From the NCBI GenBank assembly GCA_902826515.1, contig CADEFD010000007.1:3373-67372 (forward strand): 64,000 bases of DNA, written 5' to 3'. Below the pieces are notes generated by a model, which saw only the letters and a program-made list of their open reading frames with translations, ran no database searches and was not told the DNA's origin. Numbering within the stretch: position 1 is the first letter of the stretch; each line of letters begins with the position of its first letter. Of this stretch, positions 13,301 to 23,426 are shown one piece after another. A program made the position numbers and the translations under genes. This DNA comes from an uncultured Acidobacteriota bacterium. GTDB taxonomy: Bacteria; Acidobacteriota; Vicinamibacteria; Vicinamibacterales; UBA2999.

Positions 13301-16300
13301 GCGGGATGACCGCTGGCCATGTCGACGAGCGTGTGGTCGCCCTTGCCCCGGTCGGGCGGGACGGCTCGGCGATTGCCACGCTGCTGCGCGCGCACGACGT
13401 GGCCTGCGAGGTCTGCACCTCGATGTCGGAGCTGCGTCAGCGCATGCACGAGGGCGCGGGCGCACTCGTGCTGACCGATGAGGCGCTCGACGGCGTGCAG
13501 GCAGACGCCTTCTTCGATCAGCTCCGCGATCAGCCGCCCTGGTCGTCGCTGCCCCTCATCATCCTGACGAGCGGCGGCGAGCCGCGCATCGCGCATCTGC
13601 TCGACCTTGCCGCCTCCGCGGCCGGCGGCGTGACGCTGCTCGACCGGCCGCTCAGAGCCGCCACGCTGCTCCGGGCCGTCGACGTGGCGCTGCGGTCCAG
13701 GCGCCGCCAGTACGAGATCCGGGATCTGCTCGACGCGAAGGCCCGGCTCGCCGCCATCGTGGAATCGTCCGACGATGCGATCTATTCCTACGACAGCGAC
13801 GGCGTGGTGCTCAGCTGGAACCGCGGCGCCGAACGCCTCTTCGGCTGGCCGGCCGAGGCACTCGTGGGAGGCGGCATCGCGCGGATCACGCCGCCGGAGT
13901 GTGCCGACGACGCGTCCGACGTCACCCGGCGGGTGCTCGAGGGCCAGACCGTGGCGCATCTGGAGACGGTCTGCTGCCGGCGTGACGGCACGCGGTTCGA
14001 CGTCGTGCTGACGGCGTCGGCCGTCCGCGGCATCGACGGCCGGCCCCAGGCGGTCTCGGTCATCACCCGCGACATCACCGCGCGCAAACGCACGGAACGG
14101 GCCCTTCAGGAGAGCGAAGCCACGTTCCGCGCGATGTTCAGCATCAGCAGCGTGGGCAAGGTGCAGCTCGACCCCGCCACCGGACGGTTCCTGCAGGTCA
14201 ACGACGCGATGTGCCGCTTCGTGGGCTACACGCGCCAGGAACTGCTGGCGCGCAGCGTGCTCGACATCACCCATGCGGCCGACCAGGCGCGCGACCGTCA
14301 CGCCATGCGGCGGCTGCTGAGCGGCGACGCCGAGGACGACGACGTCGAGAAACGGTTCGTCCGCGCCGATGGCACCGTGGTCTGGGCCCAGGTGACGATG
14401 AACGTCATCCGCGATGAAGAGGGGCGGCCGGCGCGCTACACGGCCATCGTGCAGGACATGTCGCGACGGCGCGCCGCGGAAGACGCGCTGCAGGCCCGCA
14501 ACGCCGAACTCGAGCTGACGCGGGCGCGTCTCGAGACCGCGGTCGAAGCCTCGCAGGTCGTCCTGTTCACGCAGGACCGGCACCTGCGCTACACCTGGAT
14601 TCACAATCCCTCGCTCGGGTACGCCGCGCAGGACGTCGTCGGCCGGCGGGACGTCGATCTGCTCCCGTGCGCCGAGGATGCCCTCCATCTCGAGCGGTCA
14701 AACGGCAGGTGATCGAGACCGGCGCGCGAACGCGCGCTGAAGTCCACGTCCGGCACGGCGGCCTGACCCACACCTTCGATCTCATCGTCCAGCCGGATGC
14801 GACGAGCGCCGGCGACGTCATCGGCGTGACCTGCGCGGCCCTCGACATCACCGAACGCAAGCGCGGCGAGGAGGCCCTGCGGATCGCCGGCCACAGCTTC
14901 CGCCAGCTCGTCGAGCAGTCGCCCTTCGGCGTCTACGCCGTCGATGCGGACTTCCGCCTCGTGCTCGTGAGCGCCGGTGCGCAGAAGGTGTTCCAGAACG
15001 TGCGGCCGCTGCTCGGCCGCGATTTCGACGACGTGATGCACTTCCTCTGGCCCGAGCCGTTTGCGGGCGAGGTGCTGCACCAGTTCCGCCGCACGCTGGC
15101 GACGGGCGCGCCGTATCACGCCAGCCGCACCGTGGAACAACGCGCCGACAGCGGCGACACGGAGGCCTACGACTGGAAGATCGAGCGGACGATTCTTCCG
15201 GATGGCCGGGCCGGTGTCGTGTGCCACTTCTACGACCTGTCGGAACGGCAGCGCCACGAGGCCGACCTGCGCGCCAGCGAGCTGCGCTACCGGACGCTGC
15301 TCGACGCCACGAGCGCGGTCACGTGGACGTCGCCGCCCGATGGCCGGCACGTGGAGCCGCAGCCGTCCTGGATGGCCTTCACCGGTCAGACGGCCGGTGA
15401 GATGCTGGGCGACGGCTGGATGCAGGCCATCCATCCCGACGACGCCGCCGACGCCGGCGCGCGCTGGCGGCAGGCCATGCGGCGCGGCACGCCGTACGAG
15501 AACGAACATCGCCTGCGCCGCCATGACGGCGAGTGGCGCTGGATGCGGACCACGGCCGCGCCCGTGCGCAGCGCGAGTGGCGATGTAAAGGAGTGGTTCG
15601 GCGCCCTCGTGGACGTGAGTGACCGCCGGACGGCCGAGGAGCAGTTGCGCCAGGCCGACCGGCAGAAGGACGAGTTCCTGGCGGTACTCGCGCACGAGCT
15701 GCGCAACCCGCTCGCGCCCATCCGGACGGCGGCCGCGCTGCTCAAGACCTGCCAGACGTCGGATCCGCTGCTCATGCGCAGCCGCGACGTGATCGACCGC
15801 CAGGTGGCGCACATGGCGAGGCTGCTCGACGATCTGCTGGACGTCTCGCGCCTGTCGCGCGGCATCCTCACGCTGCGGCGAGCGCAGGTGAGCCTCAGTG
15901 AGGTGCTGGCCGCCGCCATCGAGGTCGCGGCGCCGCTCATCGAGCAGCGCACGCAGGTGCTGTCCGTGCGGGGTGTCACTGAGACGGTGGTCCTCGACGG
16001 CGATCTGGCGAGACTGACCCAGGTCTTCGGCAACCTGCTCACGAACGCCGCCAAGTACAGTCCGCCGCAGACCACGATCACGATCGACGTCGAGGTGAAC
16101 GACCTGACGGCCGTGGTCGCCGTGCGCGACACCGGCGCGGGCATTTCCACGGAACACCTGACGTCGGTGTTCGGTCTGTTCACGCAGATCGACGCCAGCG
16201 ACCACGCGAGCTCCGGCGGTCTGGGGATCGGCCTTGCGCTCGCCCGGCGGCTCGTCGAACTCCACGGCGGCACCATCGACGCCGCAAGCCAGGGGGTGGG

Positions 16301-16766
16301 CCGCGGCAGCACGTTCACCGTGCGTCTGCCCATCCTGCCGGTGGCGCAGGTGGCGGCGCCGAAGCGCGGCCCGTCACCCGCCGAAGCCCTGCGCCAGCGC
16401 GTCCTCGTGGTGGACGACAACGCCGATGCGGCCGATGTCATCTCGCTGCTGCTCGAATCCGCCGGCTGTGACGTCCGCACGGTCTACGAGGGCGAAGCGG
16501 CGATCCGGGAGGTGGAGCCGTTCAGACCCGACGTGGCGCTCGTCGATCTGGGCCTGCCCGACCTCGACGGCCGCGACGTCTGTCGCCGCATGCGGTCGCT
16601 GCCGTGGGGCCCGCACATGGTGATCATCGCGCTGACGGGATGGGGCCGCGACGACGACCGCCGGAGCACGACGCTCGCCGGCTTCGACCACCATCTGCTG
16701 AAGCCCGTGGATCCGGACGCCCTGGTCCGGCTGCTCGGCGAACTCACGCGGCCGTCGGAAGCGTGA
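13297..16766 (+). pseudogene. Hybrid sensor histidine kinase (pseudo-receiver + several PAS + HisKA + HATPase + receiver), split by a 1-nt frame break near 14695-14698
   Basis: Track ORFs 13297..14712 and 14667..16766 are the two halves of one PAS domain: ...DVVGRRDVDLLPCAEDALHLE | (R)VKRQVIETGARTRAEVHV...DLIVQP...DITERKRGEEAL. Downstream are H-box FLAVLAHELRNPL, an ATPase with DTGAGI and GGLGIGLAL, and a receiver with VLVVDDN...VALVDLGLPDLDG. The start GTG overlaps the KaiC-like stop (GTGA). Confidence 0.85.
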
Positions 16767-16767
16767 T

Positions 16768-16785
16768 GCGGCTCACGAGAGCCGC
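16768..16785. terminator. Hairpin straddling convergent stop codons (possible bidirectional terminator)
   Basis: GCGGCTC-ACGA-GAGCCGC, a perfect 7-bp stem between or over the kinase stop (16766) and the argA stop (16773). There is no U-tract. Confidence 0.3.
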
Positions 16786-18053
16786 TTCACGAGCACCTTC
16801 GAGTTGCGGCCGCTCTTCTCGTAGCGTTCGCGGCGGCCCGGCGACAGGTCGTCCACCGTGCCTTCCACGAAGCCGCCCTTGGCGCTGAAGTAGTTGAAGG
16901 CCTGCGTCGAGAGCGCCAGGATGCGGTCCAGCCCCTGCTGGCGGGCGCGGTTCTCCACGAACTGGATGAGCTTGCGGCCGATGCCCTGGTTCTCGTGCGC
17001 CGAACTCACGTAGAGGCAGGCCAGCTCGCCCTGGTTGCGGTCGCGGTCCACGTGCAGCGCGACGCAGCCCACCGGATTGCGGTCGATCTCGAAGATCACG
17101 TAGTCGCCGAGCTGCTGCTCGATGCTGCTCCGCGTGCGCTTCACGAGTTCGTCGGCTTCGACGCCCTGCCGCGTGAGCGACTGGATGGCGCCGATGTCGC
17201 GCCGCTCCGCCGGCCGGATGTTCTCGTACTCGTTCGTGTGGATGAGCGTGCCGTAGCCGTGGTTCGAGAACACCTCGCCGAGCAGGCCCTCGTCGAGTGT
17301 GCCGTCGATGACGTGCACGCGCGGCACGCCGCCCACGCACGCGCGCACCGCGTGCTGCGCCTTCGACAGGTGCTCGCCTTCGAACCCGGCCGGATCCTTC
17401 TGCACGAGATCGCCGAGCTGCGCCACCATCATCTGGCGGATCGGCTGCCCGCGGTGCACGAGCCCCGGCGCCGCGGTGACGTAGATGAGTTTCACCGCGC
17501 GGAGCTGCGCCGCCACGGCCACGGCCATGCCGTCGGAATTCACCCGGTAGGTGCGGCCTTCGCCGTCGAAGCCGAGCGGCGGCACGATGGGCACGACGCC
17601 CTGGGTGAGCAGCGACTGCAGCAACCCGATGTCCACGCGTTCGACGCTGCCGGTGAACTGCTGGTCCACGCCCTTGATGACACCCACCGGGTGCGCCACG
17701 ATGCCGTTGGTGCAGGCCGCCCTGAGGTCGTTGGCCGACAGCCCCTGCAGGATCTCGTGCGTCAGGCGGTTGGAGGCCGTGACGGAGAGTCCCAGCGTGA
17801 GCGCGTCCGTTGCGCCGGTGCCATCGGTATTCGACGCCGTGACGCCGCGTTCGTCCGCCAGGCGGCGAATCTCCGCCGCCACGCCGTGCACGATCACCAC
17901 GCGGATGTTCAGCGACCACAGGACGGCGATGTCCTTGAGCAGCGTCGCGAAACGTTCGTCCGACACGATTTCGCCGTCGATCGCCAGCACGAAGGTCTTC
18001 TCCCGGAACTCCGGGATGTACTGCAGGATGCCGCGCAGGTCGGTCAGCTTCAC
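16773..18053 (-). CDS. argA: Amino-acid N-acetyltransferase (N-acetylglutamate synthase)
   Basis: 426 aa. N-terminal amino-acid-kinase fold (FREKTFVLAIDGE...IRVVIVHG...VNSDGMAVAVAAQLRAVKLIYVT) plus a C-terminal GNAT domain (ELACLYVSSAHENQGIGRKLIQFVE). GTG start. Confidence 0.9.
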   Translation of the reverse strand: MKLTDLRGILQYIPEFREKTFVLAIDGEIVSDERFATLLKDIAVLWSLNIRVVIVHGVAAEIRRLADERGVTASNTDGTGATDALTLGLSVTASNRLTHEILQGLSANDLRAACTNGIVAHPVGVIKGVDQQFTGSVERVDIGLLQSLLTQGVVPIVPPLGFDGEGRTYRVNSDGMAVAVAAQLRAVKLIYVTAAPGLVHRGQPIRQMMVAQLGDLVQKDPAGFEGEHLSKAQHAVRACVGGVPRVHVIDGTLDEGLLGEVFSNHGYGTLIHTNEYENIRPAERRDIGAIQSLTRQGVEADELVKRTRSSIEQQLGDYVIFEIDRNPVGCVALHVDRDRNQGELACLYVSSAHENQGIGRKLIQFVENRARQQGLDRILALSTQAFNYFSAKGGFVEGTVDDLSPGRRERYEKSGRNSKVLVKRLS

Positions 18054-18134
18054 GGTTGATATGGTGCTACAGCTCCGCCGCCGTCGTCTCGCGGAATTCG
18101 AGGCGGCTGGTAGAATCCCGGTCCGAGGCCCTAG

Positions 18135-19250
18135 ATGACCATGTCACTCCGCCTGCTCCTGCCCGCCGCTCTGGTCCTTGTCGCCGTCATCACGACGAGC
18201 GGCGGCGTACGTGCCGGCGCCTCGAACGGCGCCGGCTGGGACCCCGCGGCCGCCGCGCGATACCTCGACGCGCGGGCCACCTGGTGGACGACGTGGCCCA
18301 ATGCCGCCCGCGATCGCGGCACCTACTGCATGTCGTGCCACACGACGCTGCCGTATGCGCTGGCGCGGCCGGCGCTGCGCGGGCTGCTGAACGAGTCCGC
18401 TCCGTCGGCGGGCGAGCAGCAGATCGTCGGCAACCTGCTGGCACGAGCGCGGGCCTGGCGCGACGTCGAGCCCTGGTATCCCGATCAGACGCGCGGCATT
18501 CCGAAGACGAGCGAGTCGCGGGCCATCGAATCCGTGATGAACGCCCTCGTGCTCAGCTGGCGCGACGCCGTGGCCGGTACGCTCAGCGACGACGCCCGCG
18601 CGGCCTTCGACGTGATGTGGGCGCTCCAGATGAAGACCGGGCCGGAGACCGGCGCGTGGACGTGGCTCAACTTCAAGCTCGAGCCGTGGGAATCCCCGAA
18701 CTCGCCCTACTTCGGTGCGTCGATGGCGGCGCTCGCCGTGGGCTCGGCGCCCGGCGGCTACGCGGCGTCGCCCGAGATCGCGGCCCGTGTAAAGGCGATG
18801 CGCGACTACTTCCAGAAGCAGCACGGCCAGGTGTCGCTGCTCAATCAGCTCACCGGAGTGTGGGCGACGAGCCGGGTGCCCGACCTGCTGACGCCGGCGC
18901 AGCGCCAGGCCACCGTGGAGGCCGCGTTCGCGCGCCAGCAGGCCGACGGCGGCTGGAACACGCCGGCGCTCGGCGGTTACACGCGCGTGGACAACACCGC
19001 GACCGATACGCGCAGCGATGGCTACGCCACGGCGCTCGCCACGCTCGCGCTGCAGGCGGCGGAAGTGCCGGTGTCCGAGCCACGCCTTGCCAGGGGGCTC
19101 GACTGGCTGCGCCGCCATCAGGACAAGGCGTCGGGCCGATGGCCGGCGGCCTCACCGAACAAGGACCGCGATCCGGAATCGGATCCCGGCAAGTTCATGA
19201 GCGACGCGGCCACGGCCTACGCCGTGTTGTCGCTCACGTATCAGCGCTGA
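18135..19250 (+). CDS. Exported protein with a single CxxCH motif and a possible alpha/alpha-toroid (prenyltransferase/terpene-cyclase-like) repeat region
   Basis: Signal peptide [24 protein letters not shown]. The motif is [10 protein letters not shown]. Later motifs QQADGGWN and [10 protein letters not shown] resemble QW-type repeats. The assignment is tentative. Confidence 0.6.
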   Translation: MTMSLRLLLPAALVLVAVITTSGGVRAGASNGAGWDPAAAARYLDARATWWTTWPNAARDRGTYCMSCHTTLPYALARPALRGLLNESAPSAGEQQIVGNLLARARAWRDVEPWYPDQTRGIPKTSESRAIESVMNALVLSWRDAVAGTLSDDARAAFDVMWALQMKTGPETGAWTWLNFKLEPWESPNSPYFGASMAALAVGSAPGGYAASPEIAARVKAMRDYFQKQHGQVSLLNQLTGVWATSRVPDLLTPAQRQATVEAAFARQQADGGWNTPALGGYTRVDNTATDTRSDGYATALATLALQAAEVPVSEPRLARGLDWLRRHQDKASGRWPAASPNKDRDPESDPGKFMSDAATAYAVLSLTYQR

Positions 19251-19257
19251 GGCGCGA

Positions 19258-19794
19258 TCAGAAGCGCCAGCGCAGCCCGGCGCGGAGCGGCGCCACCGCG
19301 AGCGTTTCGCCGCCCTCGGTCCCCACCTGCATCCGCGCGTCGGCGAAAATCGCCAGATGCGGCCCGAGCGGCGCCTGCACGCCCCCGCCGGCAAAGACCG
19401 CCCGCACCGTGTTCGTCACGCGGTCAGGAAACGTGTCGTTCACGGTGGGTGTGGATCGGCCGCGGGCGAAACCGGCGACGACGTAGGGCGTGAGGCGGTG
19501 CGGCGGGAAGAGCGACACGCGCACGCCGGCCGCGCCGAGCACCATCGCGCCGCCGCGAAAGGTGCTGCCGCCGCCGCGGCCGTCTGACGTGACGCGCGTC
19601 GACAGCACGGTGCGTTCGGCGTCGAGCGTCAGCGTCACGCGAGACCACGGCGACCAGCCGGCGCCGCCGGCCACGCTGTAGCCGCGATCCACGAGGGTAG
19701 GTCCGGCCGCCGCCTGGATGTTGAATGCCTGGGCGCGGGCCAGGGCCGGTGCACTCAGCAGGAGCGCGATCGCGAGGACGGATCTGAGGCGCAT
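19258..19794 (-). CDS. Small outer-membrane beta-barrel protein
   Basis: ATG at 19794 lies 6 nt after AAGGAG. Signal peptide MRLRSVLAIALLLSAPALARAQA. The sequence has an alternating beta-strand pattern and a C-terminal ...LRAGLRWRF (terminal Phe). The track ORF to 20103 is an over-extension. Confidence 0.7.
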   Translation of the reverse strand: MRLRSVLAIALLLSAPALARAQAFNIQAAAGPTLVDRGYSVAGGAGWSPWSRVTLTLDAERTVLSTRVTSDGRGGGSTFRGGAMVLGAAGVRVSLFPPHRLTPYVVAGFARGRSTPTVNDTFPDRVTNTVRAVFAGGGVQAPLGPHLAIFADARMQVGTEGGETLAVAPLRAGLRWRF

Positions 19795-19948
19795 GATGGA
19801 CTCCTTTGCCTCGTAGTGCGCAGGGGCCGTGCGAAGCGGCTCACCGCGTGGGTCGCCGCGCGCGAGTATAGGCGAACGCGCCGCCTCAGCCGATCGCCGC
19901 GCACCGGATCGTTCGACAACGCCGTGCCCGCATGGCACGATCGGGCGG

Positions 19949-20389
19949 GTGAGCCGCAGGCACGAGGGCGCGAATCTGGAGGAGCTCCGCCGGCTGCGCC
20001 GGGTACGCGACCGCATGGATCGCGACTTCGCGGAGCCGCTCGACGTCGACGCGCTCGCCCGCGACGCCGGCATGTCGGCCGGCCACCTCAGCCGCCAGTT
20101 CAAACGTGCCTACGGCGAGTCGCCGTACAGCTACCTGATGACGCGGCGCATCGAACGTGCGATGGCGTTGCTGCGGCTCGGGCGGATGAACGTCACCGAC
20201 GTGTGCTTCGAGGTGGGCTGTTCGTCGCTCGGCACCTTCAGCACCCGGTTCACCGAACTCGTGGGCGTGCCGCCGAGCCTCTACCGGCAGCAGGCGGCGA
20301 AGGCCACGGCCGGGCTGCCGGCGTGCGTGGCGAAGCAGATCACCCGTCCGGTCAGGAATCGAGAAGCGCGCGTCGCCGCGCGTTCCTAA
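19949..20389 (+). CDS. AraC/XylS-family transcriptional regulator (DNA-binding domain only)
   Basis: LDVDALARDAGMSAGHLSRQFKRAYGESPYSYLMTRRIERAMALLRLGRMNVTDVCFEVGCSSLGTFSTRFTELVG is the double HTH of AraC. The GTG start at 19949 is my choice and is uncertain. Confidence 0.8.
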   Translation: MSRRHEGANLEELRRLRRVRDRMDRDFAEPLDVDALARDAGMSAGHLSRQFKRAYGESPYSYLMTRRIERAMALLRLGRMNVTDVCFEVGCSSLGTFSTRFTELVGVPPSLYRQQAAKATAGLPACVAKQITRPVRNREARVAARS

Positions 20390-20399
20390 ACTGTCGCGC

Positions 20400-20810
20400 A
20401 TGGACATCATCATTCACTCGAGCTTCCTTCCGCAGAACGATCCCGAGGCCGCGCTGGCCTTCTATCGCGACACCCTCGGCTTCGAGGTCAGGAACGACGT
20501 CGGCTACCAGGGCATGCGCTGGATCACTGTGGGCCCGCCGTCGCAGCCCGGCACGAACATCGTGCTCTTCCCGCCGGAGGCCTCACCCGGCCTCACGGAC
20601 GACGAGAAGCGCACGATCGCCGAGATGATGGCGAAGGGCACGTTCGCCATGGTCGTGTTCGCCACGCCCGACCTCGCCGGCACGTTCGAACGCCTGCAGG
20701 CGCACGATGCCGATATCGTGCAGGAACCCACCGATCAGCCCTACGGCGTGCGCGACTGTGCCGTGCGCGATCCGGCGGGCAATCTGATCCGCATCCAGCA
20801 GATGCGCTGA
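20400..20810 (+). CDS. VOC-family (glyoxalase/bleomycin-resistance fold) protein
   Basis: 136 aa with AALAFYRDTLGFEV...YGVRDCAVRDPAGNLIRI, a typical VOC beta-alpha-beta-beta-beta module. Confidence 0.85.
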   Translation: MDIIIHSSFLPQNDPEAALAFYRDTLGFEVRNDVGYQGMRWITVGPPSQPGTNIVLFPPEASPGLTDDEKRTIAEMMAKGTFAMVVFATPDLAGTFERLQAHDADIVQEPTDQPYGVRDCAVRDPAGNLIRIQQMR

Positions 20811-20825
20811 CCGAGGGAGCGTTCG

Positions 20826-23218
<2,393 letters not shown>

Positions 23219-23312
23219 CGGTGGCACGGTCCCGCGAGCGCGTCCGTCCGACTGTCGAGCCGGCGGTGCTCACCCGTACGGGTGATACGACCTGAGACAC
23301 GACATCCGCGCG

Positions 23313-23341
23313 TTGACTTCGGGCACACTCCAATTTATTCT
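23313..23341 (+). promoter_or_regulatory. Candidate sigma70-type promoter upstream of the sensor kinase
   Basis: TTGACT (23313-23318), a 17-nt spacer, then TATTCT (23336-23341), within a locally AT-richer patch 85 nt upstream of ATG 23427. Sequence match only. Confidence 0.35.
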
Positions 23342-23426
23342 TCGGCGGCTTTTTCCGTCCCTCCGCATCGCGTGCCGGGGGGACGCTGACCGGCGTGTCC
23401 TCGACGCCACGCGGCCGTGGAGACCC

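Noticed and set aside
14667-14712. Programmed -1 frameshifting as the explanation for the split hybrid kinase
   Set aside because: No X_XXY_YYZ heptamer is in register in the overlap (CTC GAG CGG TCA AAC GGC AGG TGA). A one-G loss in CGG(G)TC explains the join exactly. I treat it as an error or pseudogene until reads are checked.
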